Below, in pieces: positions 20,901 to 34,400 of a stretch of 64,000 nt of DNA (positions are counted from its first letter, which is position 1; every line of letters starts with the position of its first letter). The stretch comes from Phoronis australis (lineage: Eukaryota; Animalia; Phoronida), in assembly GCA_002633005.1 (NCBI GenBank), contig NMRA01000204.1, forward strand, positions 514,272 through 578,271, written 5' to 3'. The position numbers were made by a program, and so were the translations under genes. The notes below the pieces were generated by a model that had not been told where the DNA came from, made no database searches, and saw nothing but the letters and a program-made list of their open reading frames with translations.

Positions 20901-22135
20901 GTAATTAGATGTGTACATCAATTTTTATCAGTTCTTAGTGATAAATAATTTGATATGTCTTGGTTGTCTTGTTTTGCTTTTTACCTTTTTGAGACAAAAA
21001 TTTCACAAATAAAAATGTATCTACTAATATTTGATTCCGAAATACTTTCACAAGATGTTAGGTTTTGAAAATTTCACCCTTTTGACAAAATTTCACATGA
21101 AGGAATCCATGCTTAATGGCTGACTTTATAAACAGCTGCACCATATTGAACTTCCCTATCCCGCCAGACGACAATCACGGCTTTGGTGGACAGGCGGTCA
21201 CCGCCAGCAGCAGATCCTGTGTAGAAAGTTTCAAACTAGTGATATAAACGGTGTTGCAGTGCTTTTCTTTTTATCATAATGCCATTAAATATTCACTGAT
21301 GTAGGAAAGATAGCTTATAGAAAAAGTCAAACCTCATAAAATATGCATGGATTAAAACATCATGTTGGTAAGCATACATTTCCCTCTGCGAAGAAGAATC
21401 TGCGGCCGCGTAGTTGGTGGCTGCCACTGATAAAGCTGGAGAATTTCGATCCCAGCCAGTATAAAAAAATAACTTAACCTAATTGAACAACGGGAAAGAT
21501 TGACAATGGAATTTATTCCACTGTTTTTAAATTAATAGACCACTATGTAGTTTATTGAATTTCTGTCCACCAAATCTGAGTCAGGATTGACCGGAAGTCA
21601 CTTTCTCGTTCTCCTTACTCTAGAGAGTACCAATATGAAAAGTCCCCTATTCAGAAATTGTCTACCTTGCTTTGCAAGATATATGTCATGTCCACCTAAT
21701 GTTACTCATAGTGTACTTTAAAAATTTGCTTGGGGATGAACACATTACAAACCAATTTGGTAAATGAACATTCTCTTGTGTTTGTTGTTACCTTGAAACT
21801 TGAAACCACAGAGTATATTATATTTCAGGAATCTAGCTGGCCTGACACCTTTTGATCTAGCAAGGAGACGTGGTGTTCCAAAGGAAGTTGTTGATGAGCT
21901 CAAACACTGGTCAGGTGAGGTACTTGACCACCAGGGACTCCTTGCACCATCTGGATGTGTGGGTTTGTTGCAGGAGTTCACAACCTCGGTTGGCCCTGTT
22001 AACCTGTTGGTGTTGTTAACTTGCCTGGTTCTTGTGTCATTTTATGTGGCATGCTTAGTGACTGGATACACATGGTATGGAACAGACACTAGAACATTGG
22101 TGGAGACAGCTGGTCAAAGGCATATTGAACTATGA
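17925..22135 (+). CDS. ANKRD46: Ankyrin repeat domain-containing protein 46-like with C-terminal TM segment; exons 17925-18018, 20527-20704, 21829-22135
   Basis: DPNSKDRQGRTVMHIAS, DQFGNTPLHMCGHMDT, TPFDLARRRGV, QEF followed by a hydrophobic TM helix, all like vertebrate ANKRD46; intron 1 needs a GC donor; in-frame upstream ATG at 17868 is an alternative start. Confidence 0.88.
18469..18872. mobile_element. Internally deleted copy of the same TAG...CTA element family, adjacent to or nested in an older copy (~18290-18460)
   Basis: Ends TAGACAGTGACCAC / GTGATCACTGTCTA; TSD CATTGTTGG (18460-68) / CATTGATGG (18873-81); right arm resembles 17180-17409. Confidence 0.8.
18980..19003. repeat. (TA)n microsatellite
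   Basis: About 12 copies. Confidence 0.9.
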
Positions 22136-22428
22136 AGGTGATTAGATACATGGGAGATAATACAGACACTTAAATATTGGTAGAGACAGCTGGCCAGAGG
22201 CATGTTGAACTATGAAGGTGAATGGATACATGGGAGGTAATACAGACACTTGAATATTGGTGGAGACAGCTGGTCAGAGGCATGTTGAACTATGAAGGTG
22301 AATGGATACATGGGAGATAATACAGATACTTGAATATTGGTAGAGACAGCTGGTCAGAGGCATGTTGAACTATGAAGATGAATGGATACATGGTAGATAA
22401 TACAGACACTTGAATAATGGTGAAGACA
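22064..22428 (+). repeat. 80-bp tandem repeat (~4.5 copies); first unit is the ANKRD46 C-terminal coding sequence and stop codon
   Basis: GAGACAGCTGG...TGAACTATGAAG at ~22103, 22182, 22263, 22343. Confidence 0.92.
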
Positions 22429-22923
22429 AACACTTGGCACTTGGAACGTCTGCACATCAAGGTTATTCAACTATTCATCTCAATTGGTTTTCCTTAGTTG
22501 TTTATCAAATCATACAAATTTTATGATTGTTTGTTTTTAGTTGTTAGTTGCCCTTTTTATACACATAATATTTGTCATAGGGAAGTCCTGCCCCAAGAGA
22601 TATCTAACAGCAACATATGCAAGAACCTGCATGGTTTAATGCTGTCAATACAATAATGACCACTAAGCTACAGGTATCAGGCATGTTGATTTCCATGGAA
22701 CACTAATCCTATCTGATCAAATAACTCTCACATAGTGGGCTTTGTGGTACATGGTCACTGCCTTTGCATTCTGTTCAGCAACATGGTAACTGATTTCAGG
22801 TAAAGCTTGGCGGTGGTACAATGTAGTACAGAATGTTGGTTTGTTTCAATTTCATGGCTGTGAAATACTCATCGTATTTTGCAAGTTTGAAAAAAGAAAT
22901 TGTGCTAATCTGTACTGTTGTTG

Positions 22924-23105
22924 AAAAAATAATTGCAGGCAGTCTGGTACACGTTGTACCAGACGTGCGCATGCAGCTCAGGTGGGCCCATTACACTGAT
23001 CAACTGGAACCATTGTTATTCTTTATTAATATATAGATAAAACTGAGCTGAGGAGCTAGCGACCTGACTTGAGGGTCTAGCAGTGTGTCCCAGTGGGTCT
23101 TAAAC
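22924..23105 (-). mobile_element. tRNA-derived SINE, copy 1
   Basis: Reverse-complement match to 52575-52755 (ACACTGCTAGACCCT...TGGGCCCAC...AACGTGTACCAGAC...TGCAATTATTTTT). Confidence 0.75.
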
Positions 23106-23741
23106 AAACGACCTTGAGTAAAGGAAGTGGACACCCACCTGTCCCACTGGCCACACTGCCTCCTCTGTTGAAGATAGTGATGTTTGAATGGCAGAATATA
23201 TTTATTATAATTTCACTTGGAGAAATATTACAAACGAAACAATTTACACATCTAGTAAGTTGGTACATGGTAACAGCTAGTCTTTCATATTTAAAGCATT
23301 TGTTGCTATATGGTAACAGCTAGTTGTTCATATTTAAAACATTTGTCATGTTAAAGTGACAATGTCATCAAGAAAAGACAAACTGTTTTCTAAGAACAGC
23401 CTCAACTTGGAATCAAACTCACCAACTCAGCAGTCACATTCAATAGCTTTGCTGGCAGAGATAAACTTCACTCATTAAATTGTTTTACAGCTCTGGTCAA
23501 AGCTAATTACTTAGGTTAATTGTACATAATAATAATAATCTCAAAAGTGCATTTTTCGACCCAGCAAAACTGAGCATATCCCTTTAACTTGGCTCAGTTA
23601 TTCCAGTTATACCGAAGATGGACTGCGAGTTTGCACCTTATGTGGATATTTCAGGAGATCCTCGTTATTGAATAACTCCATGAGTCTTTCCCAATCACAT
23701 TAGGAACGTGCCTAGATTTGATCCCTCTGTTTGCAAACTTC

Positions 23742-26700
23742 CTAAAAGTTCTTGAGGCTTGTGGACTTAAGTCTAAATGTGGCAGTACCCCGTTCCTCGA
23801 TGACATCATTTGTTTCCTTTAAATTCTCTGCTATTGCATGCACTAGTGGATGATTCGATGAGTAATTATTTGTTACAAGAACATGCAATGCGTTCTCAAA
23901 TAGCGCCTTTGCACCAACGTAATCTCCCAAGTCTCGAATAACAACTGCGAGATTATTCATAGGCACTCCAAGGCTCACGTGGTTCTTCCCAAAAATGTTT
24001 TCTCTGATCTGGATTGATTCGCTGTGACAATCTTTCGCACCGTTCATGTCTCCTTTCTTTGCTTTTAGAAACCCTAAATTTGAAACGGTGTTTGCGTATA
24101 AGATCCTGTTCTTTCCATACACCGATTCATGCGCTTGTAGGGCCTGTCTGTAACAACTCTCCGCTTTCCCAAGCTCAGCTTTGTCTTCGTGTATTTTTGC
24201 CAGTCCAGTCAACGCCTCAAAAGACGCTACATGCTTCGGACCTTTTTCATTTTCATATATGGAAAGAGCTGTATCGTAATTTTGTTTTGCGCCGATAGGA
24301 TCACCTGCTTCGTAAGCATTTCCCGCCATACTTGTCAGTATGTCGGCATACTCCTCATTCTTTTTACCAAATGCTTTTATGTGAATGGTAAGGGCAGTTC
24401 TAAAATGTTCTTCTGCCTCACTGAAATTCTTTTGCTCACGCAACAAAATACCGATGTTATGGTGAATGGAAGCACACTTTATGTGTTCCTCTCCCTGAAT
24501 TTGCTGAAGAATACGTAACGACCTCTCGTAACACCCTTTAGCTTCTACAAGTTCGCCGTTTTCCTTCAACACTAAACCGAGATTGTTTAATACAGGTGCT
24601 AAACTGATGTGATGGCGCCCGTACTCATTTTCAAGAATTGAAATGGCCTTGTAGAAGTTTGTTTTAGCCGCTTCCTCTTTCCCCAGCTGCAGTTGAACCG
24701 AACCGAGGTCGTTCATAGCTTTAGCGCAATCGACATGTTTATTGCCAAGTGAAGACGTTTTGTTGGACAACACCCTCTCAAACAACGTTTCTGCATCCTC
24801 CAGTTTGTCTTGCTTGAAAGCAACTGTTGCCATGTAACTAAGTACGTCAGCAGACTCTGCACTTGTCTTACCGTAAACGTTTTCCTTAATTTTTAGAGAT
24901 TGTTCCAATATTCTTTTTGCCTCGTAAAAGTCTTCTAGAGTCGTTAAAACTATTCCCAGTTGTAGAAGAGTAGAACCGAGGTCATCGTTATCGTATCCCA
25001 AATGTCTGCTTTGAATGGCCATTGCTTTCTCTAAGTCTTCCCTTGCTTGTCCTAAGTTACCAGCTTTATGCAAGAAATTACCCAATTCCGAATGAGCCTG
25101 CCCGACCTTAAGATGTAGACCTCCATATCTGCCCTTTCGAATGACAAGCAATTTCCTGAATACTACTTCTGAGCATTCTTTGTCATTAAGCCGCAATACC
25201 TGCTCGAAAAACGATAAAAGGTCATCGTGCAGTTCGTAAACTCTGAACTGGTTAATGCTTGCAGATGCTGAGTACAGTTTATTGTCGTCCAGAAGTTTGT
25301 CGAACGCTTTGATATGTGGCACGATATAGTGGAGTAATTTCATGTCAGTTGTTTTTGTTGCATCCTTTGGACAGATTTGTACTAAGCTCGAAAGCAACGG
25401 CTGGAGAACGTCTGTTAAAAAGTCAATGCTGAGAAGGTCAGGCAATCTCTTGGTGGCATACAAGCTGACATTGACAACTTTCAACAGTAAGCGGTTGACA
25501 TGAATAAAGCCCGCTTGGGAACTCGACTGAACAAGTGAATACTCTTGCAGAATTTGGACTGCGCGTCGTGCTTCCGATTTATCATCAAACGGGTGATTTT
25601 GGGCGAACAAATCAATGGGAATATTGTCAGGAAACAGCACTGAACACCACATAAGCAGTAGGAGAGCCTTTTCGTATTCTTCCTTCAGTTTCTTGAGTGA
25701 CAATAACCACACCTTCAGAAGACCTTGCTCTGCTTCGTCCACGCCACACTCTATTCCGACCAAACCTACCAAGGTTTTGTCAAGTAGCTCAAGATAGTCG
25801 CTCACAGTACACTGGTGTTTCTTGATGTACGACGTTGCCAAAGTTAAGGATAGCGGGTGGCGACCTAATGCGTCTGCTAGCTGAGAGCGGTCTGCGGGCC
25901 GGACATTCATGTGGGCTTCTATAAATGAATCGCATTCTTGTTCAGAGAAAACGTCTAGTCGTATGTTGTTGAAACCTTTAAGGTTTCTCCCAGTCAACAG
26001 TACGTGCTGTTTGTTCTTGCGAATGCTTGCGTGGGGTAGGTAGGTGAATAGCTGGTTTTTGTCATTTGTTATATTGTCAAAGACGAGAAGATACGACTCC
26101 ATTCTGCGAAGATGACTGTGAAGTTGTTGTATGACTTCGTCGGTCGTTTGAGACTTCGTGTCAATGCCCAGGTCAATGGCAAAATCAATCAATGATGCTA
26201 CAATTGTTTCTTGTTCAGCGTCGATCCAGCGTACGAGTTGATATGAAAAACGTTCACGATATGCATATTCTAGGGCAAGTTGTGACTTGCCCACACCATC
26301 GTTCCCGATGACTCCAATATGCTCGCATCCATTAAAAAGTTCCTTAATTTGATCCAAATGCTTCTGACGACCAATGAAGTTGACGCGATTGTTAAGCCTC
26401 TCTGCCATGTGGCGTTCGTTCGCTGGAAATGAAGAATGGTGGAATATATGCATTGACATTTACGTTAAACTAAGTTGACGAAAAAATACTTTGTGGATAA
26501 AAAATAGTCGTTAGGCAAATTTTGGCATATCGGCAATTGAAGTTCGCATCGACGAAGGTATTACGTATTATACGTATTACTTGATTGTGTCAACCAACAT
26601 ACCGGGGGGGGGGGGGGGNGCGTGCCGCCACTTGGGTAGAGTTTTTGCTCTCACTGGTTTGTCTGGGTGGATATTTTTGCTTTCGATTATCCAGATAAAA

Positions 26701-27121
26701 CGTACGTTAGGATATTAAGGCGGTGCAGCCGGTACCCGATCGGAACCTGCGTATGCACAAAGACCTCTGTACGGTCTGTGATGTGTGTTTTAAACATTAG
26801 CCTACCTGCGGGGGTGTTTGGGACGTCTCGGAAAACACCAACTCTTTCGTAGTTTTCTAAAATGTTAACAAGCCATGGATACTCCTCAGTTATAGCTTCT
26901 ATGAAATTCCGATAGGCAGAAAGTCCTTTTGTTAACAGTGTATCCACCAGAGCTCGCGAACTGCCTTGAGAAGTTGGCTGAGATTTGATACGGTTGGCAG
27001 TGGTTTGGTCGATCACCCCATCTTTTGCTAACTTCTCTAGGACGCCGTCTCTACGTAGATCGAGCTCGTTTATAATCCGCATACGGTGTCGCTGAAGACG
27101 ACCTGTGCCGCCGCGATCCAT
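23742..27121 (-). CDS. CARD - NB-ARC - TPR STAND NTPase, 998 aa; join(27121-26806, 26422-23742)
   Basis: Exon 1 is a ~90-aa CARD-like helical domain (LQRHRMRIINELD...SRALVDTLLTKG..AY.NF.EA..E.YPWL); phase-1 GT-AG intron; Walker A GNDGVGKSQLALEYAY (26306-26283), Walker B LLVFDN, LLTGR, GRHPLSL; ten 42-aa TPR repeats; 2997 nt in frame; candidate 5'UTR donor at ~27977. Confidence 0.88.
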
Positions 27122-30048
27122 TCTACACTGAAACAAAGACAAAATGGTTAATTGGAGGTTGTGCATGAAATGAAAAAGAACAACTACATCTTTTGACACA
27201 TTTTTATTGTAGGCCTTTGGAATTCATTGACGCGAAAACATATATTCACACAGCTGGCTCTTGAAAGCTTTCTAATAATTTACAATTTCTTATAATAAAT
27301 TTCCAATATCCTAGATTCCGGGCAATTCACTTCTTATTTTTTGGTTTTGCTTCCTTTTCAACTAATCAGATCAGCAAGGTTGTGGCGTCGTTGTAAGGCG
27401 TGTGGCTGGCTGAACATTTAATTTCTACAAGACCGAATCTGTGACTTGAAAGTCACAATAAAAGAAAACTCTAGATCAGCGCTCTGTGATTGGTCGGTTA
27501 TAGGGGAACTTGAGAACGGGGACACTATCAGTTTTACGACCGAAAACACATTTTTGTGTTGTTTATGAATAGGATGGTCTTTCTGAAATTATTAGCTTTG
27601 ACTAGAGCTATAAAACAATAAATTCGTTCTGTATTTCATTGCAAATCACCAATTTCCGCCCGTTGTCTAACAGACAGTCACCGAAATCAAGGCCTGTGAC
27701 TTAATCACTTAAATGCTCCTAAGAATCTCGGCCATTTGTAGATTGAGGTTTAGCTCCACAAGCAGAGCATTAAACCGCGACCATGTCGATTTCACGTTCG
27801 ATTCCGTGCTGAAGCTGATTTCAGAAAGTCACTTTACTCGTCGATCAAATGATGTTCCTTTAAATACATGTTATGAACCACACATTGAAACATTTAGCTG
27901 AAGTTGTACTGTACAAAATTTATCAAAATCACACTAACTGTTTCCCATCAGTTGATAGAATATATGCAAGCGCTTACCTGTTAACGATACCGCAAGCAGT
28001 GTAATTGCTAATTGTTTCGTACGCATCACTATTGACTCCTTGGTGATCGTAATATCTCGGCTGTATCACAATAGAAAAACAATGCAGTGGTCTCCATATT
28101 GACCAAGTGTATCGAATTGGTGTCATTCATCCATTTAGATATTCTCGCACATTGATTGACCTGTTGGTGTAAGGGCAGAGCCAAATTTTACGCTTCTCTT
28201 ATTTATCAATAACTTTTGTTGATCGCATAATGAGAATGACAGAAACTATGCGGTTACTAACTGTTGGTTGATCCGACTATGGACGTGACCAAACAATTAA
28301 GAGATGGTTTACTTCTTGATAAATGATATAATGCACACATCCGCGTAATTACACACATAACCCTGTAACCACAATAATGCGTTTTTGACAAAAGACGCAT
28401 ATGCGCACGTGTCTAAACTCTTTGGACATTTTTAGGCTCTATCCCTTTCAGGCCTGTTCATGTGAGTATTTTGCCGATTGTTTCGGGATTAATAATCCGA
28501 ATTTTTTTGTTCGAGAGAACGTTCAATGATTCCGCAAGTTCTGCGTTTATGCATGCAATAAACTTTCAGGATTCTAAGATTAATTCGAAATTGAAAACAC
28601 GTCTATGTCTACCATTTTGTGACGCACGTAAGAATCTTCAATCACATGTTAATTTAGAAACGGGCTCTTTGGTTTTACTCTACTCACGAGTCTTTTTCAT
28701 ATACAGAGGCGCAGCGACATAAAGGTGCATGTACCTAAGTGTGCATGTATGGTATGACATACACAAGGCTACTATTTTTATTTTTAAAACAAACACACGA
28801 AATATGAAAATTAAGAAAGTGACGCAACGCTCCAGGAGCAATTATTCTTGTGTTAATTTAAACCCACTGTTATCCTAGCAAAATATATTTTGCTTCTTAC
28901 GAAGAAATTTTAGGGTTCAAACTCTACGGCTTATCAAAACAAATTTTCTGCACAAGGATGTTCCAAAAGTTGTTAAAAATTGTTTCATCTCATGATCTTA
29001 CAATCCAGTGGTGTTTACGTTTTACGATATTAGACACAAAAAGTTGTTCAAAATGGGAAAAGTCCCAGTGCCCGTACACGACAAGCGGCAAACTATTCAG
29101 CTGCGCGACTTGCAGTTAGCTGGTTCTGTGTGCTCGTCAATCTCTCGCCGCGCCGTGCAAAAGACCAGTCGCATCATGCGCCAGTGTTCTTAAAGCACCC
29201 GTGACTCTTGGCGTATGTTCCTCAATACGAATCACTGTCGATTACAATGTCACAGACTGAAGTTTCAAAAGTTCTTCGACGCCGTGTCTCCACGAAATTT
29301 GACGCACATGTTGGTAATGAAGAGAGGACAACTGGTGTAGATTTTAGAATCGATCCTTCAACCGCGGAAATATCCGAGACCCATTACGCACCCCTTGTAA
29401 CTTTACCCTTTGCCGTGCACACAGCGAATGTAAGTCATAAGTAATGCGTATATGCCATATTTTCGAATTTGCAATATTTGGGCTGGTCAACCTCATCAAC
29501 GTCGGAATCCTTTAAAATTCTACTAGCAAACTATTAAGTAGGTCTAAGTAGTTTAAAGTTTACTTAATTCAGACTTGTAACAGTTATGCTAGCCATATTT
29601 AATATAATTTTCGACTAATGTCCCTCAACAAAATTCAAATACTGAGTAACAACAAATACACAAACAATGGAGGTAATTTTATTGAACAATAAACAATATC
29701 ATAAAAGTATAAAACATACAAAAGTTTTCTGGTGACCTATGTAATAATAATAATAAATAGACTGTCAAAATAGCAAAGTTCTACAAATTAAAGCTGGTCA
29801 AAGACAACAAAGAAAGTCAAACTATAAACTAGCAACAAATAAAATTACAGCAGAGTAGAAAAGCAAATACATAAACAGACAATAAATTAACATATATAGA
29901 CAATAAATTAACATAAATTCACCAAAACAAGAAATTCAACAAAAGTATATTGCTACACAACCCAATTCTGACCCTAGAAAAGTGGACAGACATTTATCAA
30001 GTACAACAGAGAGCTGATTACAGAACCAGACAGTGACAACACAAGGTC

Positions 30049-30211
30049 AGCACACTGCACAAACAGTGTTAAGTTTTACTACAAGCCAACTTAGCTGTGT
30101 AAAGCACACTGCACAAATAGTGTTAAGTTTTACTACAAGCCAACTTAGCTGTGTAAAGCACACCGCACAAACAGTGTTAAGTTTTACTACAAGCCAGCTT
30201 AGCTGTGTAAA
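30049..30211. repeat. 54-bp tandem repeat x3
   Basis: GCACACTGCACAAACAGTGTTAAGTTTTACTACAAGCCAACTTAGCTGTGTAAA repeated. Confidence 0.95.
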
Positions 30212-30260
30212 AGGAGACTACTAAATTACAAAACACTTCTAAAACTTTTACAGTAAACAC

Positions 30261-30504
30261 CAGGGCTTGGAATGACCAATGACAAAAAAGTTTTCAGGTG
30301 ATGTTTTGTTTCACAAATAAATAGGCTTGTATGATAGAAATATTTTTTGTGTTGTAAAATTTAACTGAAATAAATGTTTTTGCACGAATAAAGTCAAAAT
30401 AATTATAAAAAAGAGACGAAAAAAGAGGAAACTGGAAATCAAATGAGAGGAAATTGAAACCAAAATGAGGAAATCCTCTTAAAAAAGGAAAATTCCAAGT
30501 CCTG
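30261..30504. mobile_element. Deleted copy of the CAGGGCTTGGAAT-TIR MITE
   Basis: Starts CAGGGCTTGGAATGACCAATGACAAAAAA, identical to 62897; ends ATTCCAAGTCCTG; related fragment at ~34400-34490. Confidence 0.8.
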
Positions 30505-31427
30505 AAATATTCTCTAACCACATGTATTACACGTTTAGAAAGGCTCCTCACAAAATTTTGCTCGACACAAATCACACATTGGATTTTATATCATGTGGCA
30601 GCATTTCCATAATCGCAGGAACTGCTTTACAGTTTTCATTGTTGAAGTGTTCTCAGTTCTTTCAAAATCACAGATGTGACTGAAAATTTTAAGAGAAAAT
30701 TTTCACCTTCAGAGTATGAAATTGGAGGAATATGCGGTAATTTTCTGTTCCCCCTACCAAAACCTAGGTAGTTAAGATGTTATTCTGAGTGATGTCTTAT
30801 CCTAAGAGTTGAAGTTTAGCCTTGGCAGACAGTATTCTGGGTCACATTTATGTAACAACTTCCAATGAATGTAAGACGATAGGATTGAAAATAAACATGT
30901 TAGTCATTTCAAAGTCTTAATGACATGTAACTAATGTGCATTTTTTGCAATACAAGTTATATATTGGAAAACTTATAGAAATTGAAAAAAGGTGTAATAG
31001 TCGCTGTCAAGTTGAGAGGACGGAAACTCGATAAATTCTATGACAATGTCTCTGAGAATACATGACATAGCTAGAAATCACAACCAATGATGATATGCTT
31101 TAAATAACACCGATGACTAGTCTAATCATTTGAATAGACAGGTATCAAATCCTGTTACATTAAATCGCGTGGACTTCTTCAGGACTGTATTGCCTTGGTG
31201 ACTGAAATTAACTAATGACAAGCAACGTAACGGAACTCTTCTGAAGCATTATCAAACTCTACCTTCTTCTCAAGGCCAGAAATCTTCTCTAATCTGAGTA
31301 AGAAACGAGATGTTTTCTCCATCTGATATGGCGGATCCTTCTATTTTGATTGACACTTTGAGGTATATCAGGCATACTTAATTTTTCAACAACAGAATGT
31401 GAAAAAATGAGATTATCCGTGCTTTGA

Positions 31428-34400
31428 TTACATATGATAACCCTTCTCCACGGCGGAGAACTGTCGTCGATGGTAGCGGATGCCTGGGTTAGCCAGCTTC
31501 ATGAGAGAGATGTCTTCATCACTGGACAACTGGTCCACAGCCTTAAAATGGTGAGCAAGAATCAGCTGCAGCTCTTCAAGCACTGGAGATAAGAAACACA
31601 GGGATCTCTACTAATGTGAGGCAACGAGGAAAGGTAAAAAGCTTGACAATACTATTTAAATTGCAAATTTTGACAGGTGTTCACTATAGGCCATGCTTAA
31701 AACATGAGTGACTTTTCAACCAGAATTTCGTCTCTATTACATTAGAAGACGTAAATTAATTTCATTAAGAACTATGGAAAGCATTGTGTCACATTTGTTG
31801 ACTTGCCCACATACAGGTTATAACATGATTTCCATTTCATAAACTCCACATCATCAATGATCAACACAACATATGAAGAATTACAGTACTGTACCTGTTG
31901 GGGTTAACACCAAGACATTTAAACCGAGAAACTAAAAAAAAACAAAAAAAACAAGGGATGGGCAGCATCAAACCGAATGCCTGATTAAAAGTCAAATATG
32001 TTATAATGCCCGAGTGGATACAGCATATATCTAGTAGCACCTGCTTCTAACAATGTTACCTTTAGCAGTGTATGGCCTATCCTCTCTGTCATGAAGCACA
32101 ACTTGTTGCAAGATGTGCACCATGGCTCCAGTCGCCAACACGCGCTGCCAAAGGGGTAGACTGTCAAAATACTCGAAGTCCACCTCAAAAGGATTTGTTG
32201 GTGCAGGGCGAGTACAGAGCTTGACCAATTCATAAATCACATTCCACGGATGAACATCTAAAATACAGCCAAAAATTGGAAAGACTTAAGATAGCCAAGA
32301 CAAGGGTTCTAGTAGCACTACTAGTACACAATAGATGGCGATGTCAGCTAACTCACCGCACAGCCTCTGTTACTATCCTTGCATGGACCATCAAGGAAAT
32401 GATCCTGGATACATGTAACCCAATTAACAGGCTCAAGGAAGGCCTGATAACAACAGACAACAACTTGTAATGGCCAGAACACTTTAGTTCACTTGACACA
32501 GCCAGCTCTAACAAAAGACAATCTGAATAGATTGTCTCAACTTTACAACTACACTAATCACATCTCATCGTCACTGATAAACCCCAATCACTTGACTGCT
32601 ATAAGTCCACACAATGAGTTATCTTTTAACAAGTTGTTCCTTGAACGAGTTGTCACTAGGTTTAGTACCAGTGTCAATGCTACTTACACTCAGGCAACTT
32701 GACACACATGTGACAACTCACCCTACCTTATCAAGGTAGTGTAACTTGTTCTTGGGTAACTTGCCACAATGCAAGGCATAATGTGTACGCAAACCTATAG
32801 ACATGGCTAAAAAGATAAGTTCCAAGATCCATTGAGAAGAGCATATCCTTTGCAAAATCAACCAAGATTGTTTGATATAATGCAGGAGAATATCACTAAA
32901 AGTCGAACCCAATGAAAAAGTTCAAGTTCGGTTATCCTTAAACTAGTTCGTTTTTCTCTCCCAACCCTCACTCCTTTGTGATTGGCAGATTAACAATTTC
33001 TTTCACCACATTTCAGGGTGCAATCATTTTTTTTTGCAAAACATATTTCGAATTTGCAGCTGAAAAAAATCCGTAAGTCAGGAGAGAGCAAATTGTTTTG
33101 AGTCTTGCACATAAGCACAAACAGTCACACGAGGGAAAACAAACTGAATATTAACTTATGCCTTCTCCAGAGACATCGATTACCTTTCTTAGTCCATGAT
33201 AACGTAGACTTGAGTTTCAGAGGAAAGTCTTTACACTCTTGTTCACTCTTCAAATCGTTTACTTTCACCAAGCGGTGATGGTTTGACCTTACCCATGCAT
33301 ATGGGCAGTTGTACCTAGCATAGCCGGCTAGCAGAAATATTGTAGAGTTTTCTTCCTGAAAATAATACAGTTGCAAACTTCATTAACACACCCGCCTGGT
33401 ACAATGTAATCTAGTGAATTTAATAAGCAACTAATGTTCTGTAAAGATGGAATGGATGAAAAATAAATTGAAGAGAAATTGTTCAAACCAAATATAAACT
33501 ATTTTCTGGTGTCAAAAACAGTTTTCTTCACGGCTCTATATTATTTCCAAGGCAACGTCACAGTATTTTCATCATTTGTTTGAACTGCAAGTGGTGACAA
33601 CAGTACATTCCTGATGACCATACCACTTCAGTGACTTTAACTAATCAGTTATGACAAGCCACGACAACCCATTTAATGAGTCCAACCAAAAGCTGTATTA
33701 CCCAATGGGCTGATTGCATGAAACAGTCACGAATACAGACTCGGCTATGTTACCTAAGTTTTCTCACCGCATTTATGGACATGTGCGAACACAGATTGGC
33801 CTTTCTAATAGTAAATTTTTGTTACTAAGTCGTTTTTAGTTAAGGTACACACCAAGAGTAAACTCCACAATGAATTCTCGATATTGTTTTAAAATAAGTA
33901 AGGACGTTTCCATACCAAGGTCCTACTATAAAGATTCAGTAGCTATAATCAATTTTCGTTGAAATAAGAACTCATTTTCCAGAATATATTAGTAGGAAAC
34001 TTCATAGTAGATCAAAGTAAACAAAGTGGCAGAAAAACATAATATTAGTAAGTAACAAAGATACAAATATGCAGAAAATTTAGGGAACTCAGCTGAGTCT
34101 CTATCTGAACTATTAATGCCCAAAATCAAATCCAAACTGATCTAGGAATGAGACGAGACTGATTTGATATAATGGTAAACAACATAAGTCAAGTTGTTTT
34201 TGACAAAAGATGTGTCTCCATTAACTGCAATTTGCCAATTGCTCGTTTTGTGTAGAGTGTTTTTAAACAGTTTAAAACCAGTCATTGTCTCTTCATTTTC
34301 TCCCCACCTGAGGAGATTTCAATACAGGGCATATAACGACCAACGAAAAATAGAGGAAAATTTGCATGTGACATGTGGTTCTACAAATAATGAAAAATGA

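Noticed and set aside
20778-21116. TTAA-flanked Kolobok/piggyBac-like MITE
   Set aside because: Terminal inverted match is too imperfect to support a call
22064-22428. CRISPR-like regular array
   Set aside because: Whole units repeat with no unique spacers; eukaryotic context; no cas genes
23742-25200. Kinesin light chain or nephrocystin-3 orthologue
   Set aside because: Shares only 42-aa TPRs; the CARD plus NB-ARC N-terminus does not fit either protein
26423-26459. ORF-track N-terminus MSMHIFHHSSFP of the 905-aa ORF
   Set aside because: Lies in the intron's pyrimidine tract upstream of a good acceptor; splicing to the CARD exon explains it better
30033-30224. 63-aa ORF with triple repeat
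   Set aside because: Translation of a 54-bp minisatellite in the probable 3'UTR of the minus-strand gene
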